Assembly (NCBI GenBank): GCA_004764695.1
Contig: SMSO01000025.1
Location: forward strand, 4,752,862 to 4,816,861
Length of the DNA stretch: 64,000 nt
Reading direction: 5' to 3'
Origin: Schizochytrium sp. TIO01
Taxonomy: Eukaryota; Protista; Bigyra: Labyrinthulomycetes
The notes under the pieces are model-generated. The model did no database searches and was not told where the DNA came from. It saw only the letters and a program-made list of their open reading frames with translations. Positions 1 through 12,152 of this stretch are shown here, piece after piece. Position numbers and translations under genes: made by a program. The stretch's first letter is position 1, and every line of letters begins with the position of its first letter.

Positions 1-1172
1 CCAAAGATTGCGAAACCACTCAAGACGGGTGCCGCACAACCGTAGGCCTGATTTAGGCTCGGGAATCCAGAGACAATCATCGACCAGCGACTATTGACAA
101 AGTCAAACTCCCAGAGGTCTGAGTAAATCTCATATTTGCCAGGAGCGCTTGTTGAAATTGGTGCTGAGCGCCCACCTGCGATGGTAAGCTTAGAAACCGT
201 TGTTGGGGAAGAAGATGACATCATCTTGTAGTAGCTCATGGCAAAACGTGGTGATGGCGAACCACCAAGAGGGTTGATCTTGAATGCAGAACTAACGGAG
301 GCACTGTACAAGGAGTCATTACGACCGAGAGAAGTGTATGCAAAGTCCACATCAATATTCACCAGTTCATTCAAAGCCTTGGTTGGAACGGTTTGATCGT
401 TTTCATATAAAGCCCCACCGAAAAGACAGACTTTAATCGACTTGGCACCGGCTGAAGTCATGGAAGATGCGGAAACATCTTGATTGCCAAAGTGGGAGGC
501 CACAAGTGCCGCTGCTTTACTTGAGGCAGTGACGGAGCGCACAATACCAACGCTGCCAACTCTACTCAAATAGTCTGTATCTACTTGAGAGGTAGAAGTT
601 GAGACCTCGACCCATTGAACATGTGCTGATTTATGCCCTGTTCTGGAAATACGACCGATCCACATGTCTGCCAAGACCTCTGAATCGTAGGTCAGATCAG
701 TTGGATCAAAATCATTGGGCCCGTTGCCCACTAGGCGCCGTGTAGATGACGTTGCATGGAAAACACCGTTACCACCACCTATGATTACCCAGCAGGCGTC
801 CTTATCAAGGTTGTTGAGATCATCTAGTAACTCCATGTAGTGACCTGTGCGAGCAGTAGGTTGATCATCTGATGTCGTAGTGATGTTATCCAGCTGAAAG
901 TAATTTTTAGAATCAAGGATGCCGATGTTAAAGAAGTATTTCCGCACGTCATCCCGCATATCGCGGAACCCGCCGAAGACGGCAAGCACATCAATATTCT
1001 GACAATAGACCATTTTCGCACCGCTGCGGTCATCCAGACCTCTGTTTTCACCACGCTCGATCATTCTCCACTCTGCACGTGATGTTGGCACTAGTGCCAG
1101 TAACAACACTAATGCTGCACATGTTAAGATTCGCGTCCACGAAGGCCTTGAGCGAACTCTGCCAAGTGCCAT
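1..1172 (-). CDS. Secreted/surface Kelch-repeat (beta-propeller) protein, 3' part outside window
   Basis: Not in the ORF track because it has no stop in the window. Manual translation from ATG at 1172: MALGRVRSRPSWTRILTCAALVLLLALVPTSRA (signal peptide), then Kelch-like units VLAVFGG, PTARTGH..WVIIGGG..LADMW, VCLFGG, PSPRFAMS..LTIAGG..YSDLWEFD..W, FAIFG. Open frame to position 1. Confidence 0.8.
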   Translation of the reverse strand, partial: MALGRVRSRPSWTRILTCAALVLLLALVPTSRAEWRMIERGENRGLDDRSGAKMVYCQNIDVLAVFGGFRDMRDDVRKYFFNIGILDSKNYFQLDNITTTSDDQPTARTGHYMELLDDLNNLDKDACWVIIGGGNGVFHATSSTRRLVGNGPNDFDPTDLTYDSEVLADMWIGRISRTGHKSAHVQWVEVSTSTSQVDTDYLSRVGSVGIVRSVTASSKAAALVASHFGNQDVSASSMTSAGAKSIKVCLFGGALYENDQTVPTKALNELVNIDVDFAYTSLGRNDSLYSASVSSAFKINPLGGSPSPRFAMSYYKMMSSSSPTTVSKLTIAGGRSAPISTSAPGKYEIYSDLWEFDFVNSRWSMIVSGFPSLNQAYGCAAPVLSGFAIF

Positions 1173-2691
1173 GATTGGCCAGCAGGGAGCCTCGCCCTAA
1201 TAGATGTGCGTATAGCTTCGAGCCTTCTCTCCAGGGTGCTTTCACCACCCACGGTATAATAAGCAGAAACCAGGGTCAAAAGTACCCTAGCAAAGCTACG
1301 AAAAGCTACGAAGCGTCAGCAATGAAGATAAGAGATTCCCTTTTAAAGATATCGATGGGCCAGAGAACTAATCCAAAGCAAAATAAAGCAGGTCAACCAA
1401 ATCTATCAAGCCTGCGAATGTCCCTAAAATAGAACCACCACAACCAGCAACACAGCACTGGGCAATTGACGAGTTCGGTCGGGGATCTGTTTGCTTCTTT
1501 GGAAATATTCGCCCGAGGGTATGTGCGCTGGAGAGGGAGAGGAAGAGAGAGAGAGGCCCAAGCGACCGAACAATACGCCACCCACCTGCTTTTCTGGTCT
1601 CTTAGCCAAGAGCGGTTGTTGCGGCGGAAATAGCTCCACGGCCTCCGCGACGTCTATACGCGATCCAGCTTGTCTTGGCCCAGCCGTCTACGCGTGCAAG
1701 ATGGCGCTTTGCGAGGGAGCGAGGCAGCGAGAGAGCGAGTGAGGAAGTCGAGTCAGAGGATGAGAGACTGAGTACGCCAAAGAAACTAAGAAAGTCAGAA
1801 GAAGGAGGCGAGATCAACACAAAACAACTGAGCGATCCGAAGGAGGAGGAGGAGGAGGACTGTAGCCAGTAGCGAACAGCGAGACCGTTTCCTGCTCTGC
1901 TCGTCCCGCCGCGCTGACTATGCTCCTTGGCTGCGCAGTCTGAGCAGCGAGCACGCGAAGCTCGAGCTGCAGTCCAGGCCGGGCCAAACTAGTTTGATTC
2001 ACTCCCTATTCCAATTAATCGATTGCTCTTCTCAATCAATTATGAACACAGCACAATATAATATAACCTATACCATATCATATCATATCATACCATATCA
2101 TAGTACACTATATCACATTATTCATTTTATTTTATTTTATTGTATTGTCATTTTATTTTATTTTGGTTATTCCTTTCCAAACTTTCTCTGTTTTTCTTTT
2201 TTCTTTCTCTGTTTTTCTTCTTTCTTTCCTCTTTTCCTATGCACGCCAGCCCTCCCGCTTCCAGGCAATCCGGCAAAACCCCTACCCCTCCCACCCCCCC
2301 TCTTCTATTCCCCCGCGCACCCTCAGGTAGCTTCTTTCCATGTTGCCTTACTGCCTTAGATACCCCGTGGGGGCATCAAGGACGTTTGGGGCGCTCCGTT
2401 TCGCAGAGCGGCGCTGGATAGACCTTTAAAAAAGAGGCCTATGCGCGTCTGCGAGGATATCCTCGCTCAGCTGCTTTCAAGGCAAGGTCCCGCATGCACG
2501 TTTTGTGCATGGCTGCTTGCGCAGAGGCGAAGCTCCGCGCAGAGCGAGCGTCTGCGGAGAGGGGAACTGGGAGAAGATGCGCTGCGCCGCCGTCTGGCCG
2601 CCGGGCCACGTGGGAGCCGCCTGTCTGCGCGAGGAGCAGCAGCGGGAGCAGGCGCGAGACCAGCGCATTGCGGCATCGATCATGGCGCACC

Positions 2692-2862
2692 TCTCTTTCT
2701 CTCTTTCTCTCTTTTCATTTATTCATTCATTCATTCATTTATTGATTCATTCATTCGTTCATTCATTCATTCGTTCATTTATTCATTCATTTATTCTTTC
2801 TTTCTTTCTTTCATTCATTCATTCATTCATTCTTTCTTTCTTTCTTTCTTTCTTTCTTTCAT
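2692..2862. repeat. Compound (TTCA)n/(TTTC)n microsatellite
   Basis: Direct tandem ttca/cttt units. Confidence 0.95.
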
Positions 2863-4143
2863 CGAATAAGTGAAAGAAATGTTCATTCGCACTTGTGAGA
2901 GTGGGTACGTACTAACCTCTTAGTAAGTAGATAGTAAGTAGTAGAGGATGAAGGTTTCAAAGCAAGCTGTTGTTGGTATAGGTGTGAGTAGCACTGTTTA
3001 AACTTCAGTGGCGGAGGAGGTATTACGTATTTAGGTATTTGTTTATCTATTTATTTATTCATTTGTTTATTCATTTATTCATTTATTCACTTTTAAAAGT
3101 AAAAATCATACAAAAGAGTGCCTTTCAGAAGGAATGATGCTGCTCCATACTTGTTATAAACAGCCATTCTTTTTCTATTCCTTTCTTTTTCTTTGTTTGA
3201 ACTAACTCGGAAAGCAAGCGTGAATGATAATAATAACAACAATACTAATAAGAGAACTTAAAATAAAAACTGTATGCTCACCCACTAGAGTGTGGTTGGT
3301 CCAATCGATGCTCTTTCTCCTTCTGAGTTAGAAAGAACTTCGATGATGGAGAGGAAATTGCGGGACAGAAAGAGAGAGAACTGCCTTTTGACACGTAGCA
3401 GAGCATGGAAAACAAACAAACAAACCATAAACAAACAGACAAACAGACCTCCAGGTACCCAATACTGCATTTATACTTACTTAATCACAAATCAACTCTA
3501 TGCCATTACTACAGTAAAGCATATATGGTATTTTGGAAGAAACAAAGCTTCAAGTTTTACTGCATAGTTGAAAAGCTAATGAAAAGCTAATCATGCACAC
3601 GCATAATCACAAAACTTGCATTTAGTATGTATATGACAATATTTTAAATAAAATATTTACTTTTTTAAAAGGGGGAAAAAAGAGAATGGTTGCCTGAAAA
3701 CATCCATCTGTGAGAGGCTATAGATAGCTAGCTATATGAGTACTTCTTTTCCAAGCTAAGATTGCATATCATGTGATTAGGCATTTCTTTCAAGTTAAAA
3801 AATAAAATAGAAAACTGCTTAAGCTCAGATGCGGAGAAATAAGTGGACCGGGAAGAGCCATCATAGGAGGGTCTGTGGGAATGTTCGAGCTACTGAAGGG
3901 CGTTCGAAAACAGGACTGTGGGAGAAGGCGGCTCTTTGACTGACTGATCTGCTGACTGACTTTTTAGGTTTGCTTTGGCTTTTCTATTCTTTTCCATTCT
4001 TTTCTTTTTCCTCGCTTCATCGGCGCGATGCAGGTAGCTTTTAGGCAGTCTTTAGCATGTCCGTATCCTCGTCACTTAGGGCTCATTTCGCGAGGCGTTC
4101 CCAATTAGATCAGGTTGGACCTCCCTTCTGAAGCTTTAGCCCC

Positions 4144-4320
4144 ATTCATTCATTCATTCCTTCATTTATGTTCATTCGTTTAATTCTACTCATTCCTTCA
4201 TTTATTCATCCATCCATTCATCTATATTCATTCATCCAATTCTACTCATTCCTTCATTCATTCACTCATTCATTCATTCATTCATTCATTCATTCATTCG
4301 TTCAATTCTACTCATTCATT
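4144..4320. repeat. Degenerate (TTCA)n microsatellite
   Basis: Tandem cattcatt units with a repeated 'aattctactcatt' interruption. Confidence 0.9.
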
Positions 4321-7300
4321 GCACAATAGCACAATAGCACAATTGCACAATTGCACAATTACAAAATTGCTAATTTGCAGAATTGCAAAGTGGATGGGTC
4401 CGTTCGGGCGAAGGATCTTCGAGTGAAACTCTCAGAGCTCGCGGCTTCTCTGGCTGTCCTGCATTGGGAAACCAACCCCATTGCACCACGAGGGCCGCCA
4501 TGAGAAGCGCTCTCCGGCCTCTCCAGGACTCGCGAAGAGGAGCACGCGCCTTGGCATTCATTCACTCATTCATTCATTCATCCATCCGCTCATCTGTTCT
4601 GTTCCATCCAAAGTCGCCGTCTCTTTCTTTCTTTTCGCTGTACGTACATGTGTATATACTTAAAAAAGAAAGAAAGAAAGAAAGAAAGAAAGAACAGTGG
4701 AGGAGAAAGAAGAAGAGGTGAAAGATCACTTTTCGTGACAAATTAGAATATACCTTTTTCAATCGCAATAGCACCTGCCTAGCCGACCCCTAGTACGTCC
4801 TTTTCTCTTGTCTGAAAGCAGAATTAATAATAATATTAAATATGTATATAGTTTTTTAATTTTTTTTCCCAAGACACTAACTAATATCCTGACAATGATA
4901 TGGCGTTGTTCGTTAAAATTATAAATTTTGAGAAATAAATCAAAGGATTTTACAGTGCTAGCAAGTTCTTTGCTTCTTTGCCTCTTTCGAGATGGCCCCC
5001 GCTTGTACTGGGAAGCGAGGCAGCAGAGGAAGATTGAGACCCACCGCACGGGCCGGCCGGCTTCTCCTTGGATGTTCCCTGAGGCCTGTCTGAGCTGAGC
5101 GAATGCGGTCTCAGTGGAGCGAGTTTCTCCTCAAAACTTGAAAGGACTTGGAGATCCGCTATTTCTCTCATCCCATCAGTTTGTTCCCTCACAGTCCAAA
5201 TTACATCACGTGGATGTGAGAGCAGGTGTGCTATTCACCCACAGTGAGCGAACCGGAGATTGAATCTTCGCCACAGAAGTTCGAACCACACTCATTACAC
5301 ACGGCTGACCACACATAGTCTGGTCAAGCCGCCAGGCTCCAGCAGCGCCATTTGGGCTTATGCAGCGGCGGCGAGGGCCTGCGACAGCGAGCTCTTCGAA
5401 CGCGGCGCGGATGGGTCATGAGGGTGCAGCAGCCAAGTCAGTCCAAAGCGAAGAACGGAGCTCGGAATTCGAGCCCATTGCAAGCAAGAAAAACGAGTCA
5501 ATTTTAGTTGAAACTAAACTGTCGACGCGGCTGGGTCAACGGCCGGTAGCTGGCCTTCACTGCGGGGTCGCGTGCTCCTTGACAGGCAAGAGGCAGCAAG
5601 GACTAATCGCTGCGCTTACTATGAACCCTTACTGAAGTGTGCTCGCTTGGCCGCTGTGGGTACTGTGGGTATTCATCCTACCACACCCTCTCTAGGCCGT
5701 ACATAAAGTCGCAGGGCGGGGATGTTGAGATCGACCGAAGAAGAGCTTAGTTGAGAAAAGCGGCATTGCGAGATTTCATTTTTTTTGGTTTTTAATTTAA
5801 ACCCAAAAGTAAACCCTGTTATCATCATCATGTTAATTAATTGGTACCCACTGCGTGAGAGTATATATAATCAATAGCACTAAAGGAGGCACTGACAGCG
5901 ATAATAATAATGATGATGATGATGATGACGAGAGTAACCATAATAACAATGACAACAATGAAAGGCGGTGCCTCGAATCTGCAAAGGGACCACAGAACTC
6001 ACAGACAAAGAGATAGACGACGTCAGACCAAACTCACTCATCTTGGCATTCGTTTGCATTCGCAACGGGGCCACCGGCGGAGACGATACGATGGTGACTG
6101 ACCTCATCGCCATCATCAGATCGCTACGGAGACGTGGAAACCGTCGAATGCGTTCATATTCTTCACGCCACATACTGAAGAAGGAAGCAGACCGAAGGCC
6201 GAAAACCGAAAACGAGAAAACGAAAGATGAGCGGAGATCTTCGCTCTTGTGCCCTTTTCCCCTCTCTCTGTGGGTGTGTACTCGACGCGCTTTTGCGGCA
6301 CTCCTCGAGTTTTTCCATGTTCCCGACAACATGTGAGCGCTTCTTGTGACCAGTGGGGCGCCAAGACGGGGCGGAAGGCGGAGCTTTGCCTGCCTGCCCG
6401 TGTAGAAGACATGTTATGGGTGGATGTTGTTGCTGTTCTTGGTTCTGTTTGGTTTTGGTTTTGGTTTTGGTTTTGTCTGTTGGGTTGGAGTAGTGCCTGC
6501 GTCAAAACTTGGGTTGGCTTTGAATCTTGACGATAAAGCAATACCATATCTCCACTCTGGCTGTTTCTTGATAAGATGTTGATTGTGTGTATGTATATAT
6601 GTATATGTATATATTCTTAAAGTTTCAATAGATAAAAATGAGATGATAATTAATTTTTGATGAATTGACTAATTATCGTGTTTCCAACGAAGACTGGCAG
6701 GCCTTGCAAGATTGGAGATGAAGAGGCGAGGCGCCTTGGGCCTCGACGGAGAATCCACAAGACGCCTCGCGGAAGGCAGGCAGGTACGTATCAATCTGGG
6801 CAGCTGGCGGGGGAGCTAGCTGCCTTGCTTCTTGGCGGTCTTCGGCGGCCCCAGAGCTTAAGGAATCTAGGTTCGCTGGCAATTCTTGTGGCCAAAATGT
6901 GGAGCTCTACAATATACACACACCCACACACGTCCATCTCAAGAAGCGTAGATTTGCGCATTTGATCATTTGACCCTTTTGATTTAATGCCTACGACTGT
7001 GAAATGCTAAAATATCATCAGACCCCGCGTAGATCAAGGGAGCCCCTGCGAAAGGAATCGCTCGACTCTGCTGCGTCGCTGATAATGTGCGAATGTGCTC
7101 ACTCGCAATCGATTGCTTGCACACGGAATTCTCTGGCCTGGCTGTAGCTAGGTATCAAATCTCACTTGAATACAATGCTCTCCGACTGCATTTCCTTGCA
7201 TTTAATGGGATCATCCGTTTCAGAGATACTAAGCACTGCAGCCTGGCTACATGAGCAGTCGGGTTTTGGTTTTAGATCATTGCAAACGCCGCAACTCGAA

Positions 7301-10300
7301 GCTGCGAGAACGCCGATCTCCCGGGAAGCAGTGAAGACGGTCGGCGTCGCACCTTGAACCTTCTATTCACCCCTTCGCCTTGCCTCCAGCAGCTTCGAAA
7401 GTCCTAAACCTCGTCGCTCAGATCCGCATGTCCAATGCATTTCATTCATTTCGCAAACTTTGTTCCTTAGGCGCACCAACTTCATTTCGAAAGCAGCGAT
7501 TGTTGCCTTCACACACGTACACACACTCACTCACACACACTCTCACATTCGAGCTGCGGGCGCACTCATCCACCCCCTACCTCAGTAGGACGCGCTTCTC
7601 TAACCCACCCATCCACAGTGGATGCGGTGTGCGGGCGTGTGCCCCCACAGCTGGGCAAGTTGGCGAACCATCGCTTTGCAATCAATCAATCTAATCAGGA
7701 GCGAGTGCTTGAATCTTTTGATTGAGCCACGAAGATAGACTTGAACTTGGACTTGCCTGCTCGAGCAGTCGAGCGCCATGCTGAAGGACCACGCCAGCTG
7801 ACATGGTCCACGGGCGGCGTGCTGGCGCTCAGAGGAGCAAGCAAGCTCGGGTCCCGAGCTTGAGGAGGAGGACCACGCAGGATGGATGGGCTGGGTCTCT
7901 TCGGCTGGGCATGCATGGATGGCGAACAACTGACTTGTACTCCGTGTAGTCCCTTCGCTCGGTGGGGTCCCAGAACCTTGCCAAAACGATAGCGAATGCC
8001 ATTGCGCGGCTTGGAGTTCGAGGTGGAGCTGCGCAACTGTTTGTAATCGATAGTGGGCGGTTGAGGCGGGGATGGCACGAGCGGGCTCCTCGTGCTCCTA
8101 CCAAGTCCAGTCCTCAAGTGCCTCGGCCACTCCCACCCGAGTCTAGGGCTGTGAAAACATCGCCATGGCGGAGCATTTCGAGGCGCGGGGCTTGCGCAGG
8201 CAAGGTGACGGAGATGCCGAATGCTTGCTGCTGGCTGCAACACACAAGCTGGCCTTATAGCAGGCAGGAAAGGAATGACCGTCTCGGGTCTTGATATGGA
8301 CAGTGGAATTACATGATCGAATTTGGATACGTTGAGAGTGGGTGGGTCTGTGGCGCTTGGAGGTCGTGGAGAATATACATACTGTTTGACCTTGGTGTTA
8401 TTTTATTCAGGTCGGTTTGGGCCGTTCTAATCTCTACGAAAACTCCAACTACCTCTTGGCCTGCAGAGATCAATTAATTGCCTTGAGGATATTAACAGCA
8501 GAAATAGAAGCAAAAGCAGAAGCAGCAGCAAACAGAAGTAGTCACTCGGAATGTAGCCAGCCAGAAACCATCGCTTGACCACAGGGTTCAACTCGTCTCT
8601 CAGTACTTAACAGCACTAATTTGATTGGTACAGAATCTGTCTGAACTCAGCTCGACCTCAAGCGATTGCCTTCTTCCTCTCAATCATCTTGCTCAGAATG
8701 CCGTTTGTCCAACGGCCGTGCAAAAAAGGCAAACCGAAAAAAACAGTGTGGTTTCAGTCTTTTGTCATCGAAGAAGATGCTAAACAGCGGTGCTGTGCTA
8801 AGCAAGTCAATGGGTGGGTGGCAATAGGGTCATGTGCGTTTTGCTTTTTATGATCAGACGGAGCGTACTGGAACTGACTGCCCTTTCAGCTTAAATATTC
8901 CTTCGAAGTGGCCGGGAGAACAGCAAACTGGCGCGCACAGACAACCAAGCAAATGAAGGGTGTGTGTGAGTGGTGCAAAAGAGTTAGTTTGTAAGAAAGC
9001 CTGGCAAGTAAATCATCCCCTAAAAACTCGTCTTTTGCGGAAGACGGGCTTTCTTTAAAGGCAACTGTCGAACGATTAGACTGTGCCTCTAGAGTATTGT
9101 AACAAAGAGCTTTATTTTACCGCGAAAAGCCGTGCAGGGGCTTCTCACATAAGCAAGAAACAAGTGAAAACTTGCAACGATAAGTAGGAAGCCCTGATCC
9201 ATCAGCACGTGCTTTGCAAAATCGGTGCACATCCTTGAATTGAGTGGAGACACTGAACTGATTTGCCTTATTTGGGTCAAAACAGGTCAGAATGAATCGC
9301 GTGAAAGGTGCTGTCCCTGAGAAATATACACAGATATTTTTAAAGTGAGAATTGCAGCATATATTGATGAATATAACGGGCCAGGAACAATAGCAAGAAG
9401 TCCCAATTCTACAGATAGCACAATTGACATTTTGCGAAAGCATATCCATAATTATGTATTGACTTGTTTTGTTTTACATTTAACTTGAGTCGCAAGAATC
9501 AAACGGTGAATTAGGATAGTCTGCCTGACGATTGACGCTGTGCTCTTTAAAATAGCGAAAGAGATTGACGAGTTTCATGCCTGATTTTATTTTATTTTTT
9601 ATTGAAAATAAATTAAAATAAAAAACTACTCAAAGCAAACTGCCTCGTGCTCTGAATATGACAACTCGTTACTATCTTTGTGCTCTCTCCTTGTGATACA
9701 AGTGATCTCCTCATGAAATGGTCCTGCGGTGATTTTTGCTTTGTGAAAACAGCACAATATGATTGATACCATGGTCCACAACGAAACAGAGCAACCCAAA
9801 CCAAAGCCACAGTACAAACGAAATATCCAGTTCTTCACAAGAATCAGAACGTTGAAGAGCTAGATAGGCAGATACTCAAGAACTCTGTTTGAGGTTGACA
9901 CCTAAATAGCACTCTGGTCGTGTTCTAACCTCGGAACCTCGTTCCCGCATTTCACTCTGCACTCAACTAGACATACATTTATAAGTGCATTCATGCATGC
10001 ATGCATGCATGCATCCGCCCACCTTGAAAGTCACTGGGTTCTCTTTCGACGAGGCAGCATTGAGAAGTCTACGGACCCTTCTACTGCGTTCTCCCTTCCT
10101 TTGGGAGCGACGAAGCCCTTGGTCCCTCTTCTTCTAGCTAAGCCATGGTTTGCGGAGAACCACCTTTGAACGAGCGGAATGACCGCTGTTCCATGAGTCA
10201 GTCCCCAACAATGTATGAATTGGCGGGTCCTTCGCAGATGAAGAACAGGACCAGTATGCAGGCCTCTTGAGGCTGGAATACCGCGGCTCGCCGCAGGCCT

Positions 10301-10597
10301 CTGCCTGAAAAGAGTGGCGATGACGCGGTAACGATGTCTTCGAGTTCCCATGTTTGGTGCAACTCTAAAGGTAACGCAGATTTTGCGATAGGAATTGACA
10401 ATGTCTAGCTACATACAGAGGTACCTACCTACCTACCTACCTACGTATATAGAATTAATAACATGAATGCCAAAACTAGATTGCACGAATAAGAACTGGC
10501 AATCAATCTCCAAACCAAACCATCGCCAAGCCCAGACCGTGACGTGAACCTTTTGGTGTGGTTCGAGCAGCACAGTCTAGCTATCGAGGGTCGCAAG

Positions 10598-11497
10598 ATG
10601 TCTCCAAAGCAAACTCAGGCTGCTCTTGAGGCCAAGGTGAACTCGTATAACGCCGTAGAAATCACGGATGTGCGCTCTCATGGAGGATATGCCGGGCTTG
10701 CCAAAGATGTCGCAGGTCAACTTGCACCTGTAGATCCTCGCGAGTTTGAGCGCGACCTGTGGCAGTCTTTGCAGGTCTGGAAACGCGAGGGCCGCAAAGG
10801 CGTGTGGCTCCGCGTAGGCATTGGGGCCAGCGAACTAATCCCTATTGCAATTCAAGCAGGCTTCAAGTTTCATCATGCGGAGCCAACTTATGTGATGCTT
10901 GCGGCATGGCTTCCCGAGGATCAAGAAAACAAACTCCCGCCAGGACCAAGCCATTTTATTGGCGTAGCAGGCTTTGTGTTAAATTCCAAGAACGAGGTTC
11001 TTTGCATTCGTGAGAAATCTGGGCCTAGCGCCAGACTCAAAGATTTCTGGAAACTGCCTGGAGGTCTGGTGGACCAGCAAGAAGACCTTCGTGATGCAGT
11101 CGTACGAGAAGTATTCGAAGAGACTGGAGTTCGCACAAAGTTCAAGGAAATTGCCTCTATTCAAGAAGTGCACAGCACCGGCGCACGCGCCGGACCCGCC
11201 CGGGAAGGATCTACAGATTTATATTGCATTTGTGTTCTCCAGGCTCAAGACGAGAACCAGACACTTGTCCCACAAGAGGAGGAGATCGCAGCGTGTCAAT
11301 GGGTCCCTCTTGATAGCTTCCTCGGTAGTCGATACTACTCACGCCCTGAAACTGTCTTTGGGGCTATGTTCCGCTCTGCAGCAAAGGTTGCAAAAGGAGA
11401 GGCGCAAGGCCTTCAGGCAGACCACCTTCAGTTTGGTTTAGCGCCTGGTAGCAATACTGTCTATGCTGCAGACCTTCTGGGCAAGGCAAAACTGTAA
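10598..11497 (+). CDS. Nudix hydrolase, NUDT6/plant NUDT2-8-like, with C-terminal PTS1 (AKL)
   Basis: Nudix box GLVDQQEDLRDAVVREVFEETGV (GX5EX7REUXEEXGU). N-terminal SLQVWKREGRKGVWL...GFKFHHAEPTYVML..WL is typical of the NUDT6 family. First ATG at 10598. Confidence 0.9.
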   Translation: MSPKQTQAALEAKVNSYNAVEITDVRSHGGYAGLAKDVAGQLAPVDPREFERDLWQSLQVWKREGRKGVWLRVGIGASELIPIAIQAGFKFHHAEPTYVMLAAWLPEDQENKLPPGPSHFIGVAGFVLNSKNEVLCIREKSGPSARLKDFWKLPGGLVDQQEDLRDAVVREVFEETGVRTKFKEIASIQEVHSTGARAGPAREGSTDLYCICVLQAQDENQTLVPQEEEIAACQWVPLDSFLGSRYYSRPETVFGAMFRSAAKVAKGEAQGLQADHLQFGLAPGSNTVYAADLLGKAKL

Positions 11498-12152
11498 ATT
11501 CCATTTTTATGTCATGGGGCTTCTTATCATAACTTTTAAGTTATAACGTATATTTTGTATGCAGAAGCGGACTTGAAAAGACTTATTTTTACTATCAACT
11601 TTAATTAGTGAACCATACAGGAATGATAGATTTTGAAATTCTATCTTCTGGAAGCTGAAGCGTGTTGGAATAATTGGATGATTAAACTCAGCCTCGTTTT
11701 CTCATCTCGTTTGTCCAATGCCCTGTTAGCGCAATACGCCTTCTATCACATAAACTAATATTGACATGTTTCTTGTGCTCATAATAGCTATATGATTGCC
11801 CTGAATAATTGCCATAATGTCCAACATTCCCGCAAGATACCATTGGAAAAAATCCATTCAATATATTCAATATATTTAATTACAAGAGCGACAAAAGGGG
11901 GAAAAGTATTCTAAAATCTAGTTTTCTATTTCAATACTAAAAATTGGGTAGATAGCCGTGACTGCAAAGCTAAATCGTCCCAAATAATGCGGTAAGCAGT
12001 GCTCACTCGAATTTTCTAATAATGTCCATCACAATACACGGGTGCGACAAACGTTGGAGAACAGTACAGGAATTTGTAGGGTGAAAGCCCTCCTGGATGG
12101 TCCTAGACCAAACTTCAAAGTTCAAAGGCTAGAACAATGAATCTTCAGAGGT

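Noticed and set aside
1994-2873. Phe/Ser/Ile/His-rich ORFs
   Set aside because: Derived from T-rich and (TTCA)n low-complexity DNA; no domain signal.
8575-8600. GGTTCAACTC T-loop-like motif (similar ones near 5280 and 42350)
   Set aside because: No cloverleaf stems or D-arm could be built; no tRNA or rRNA supported in the window.
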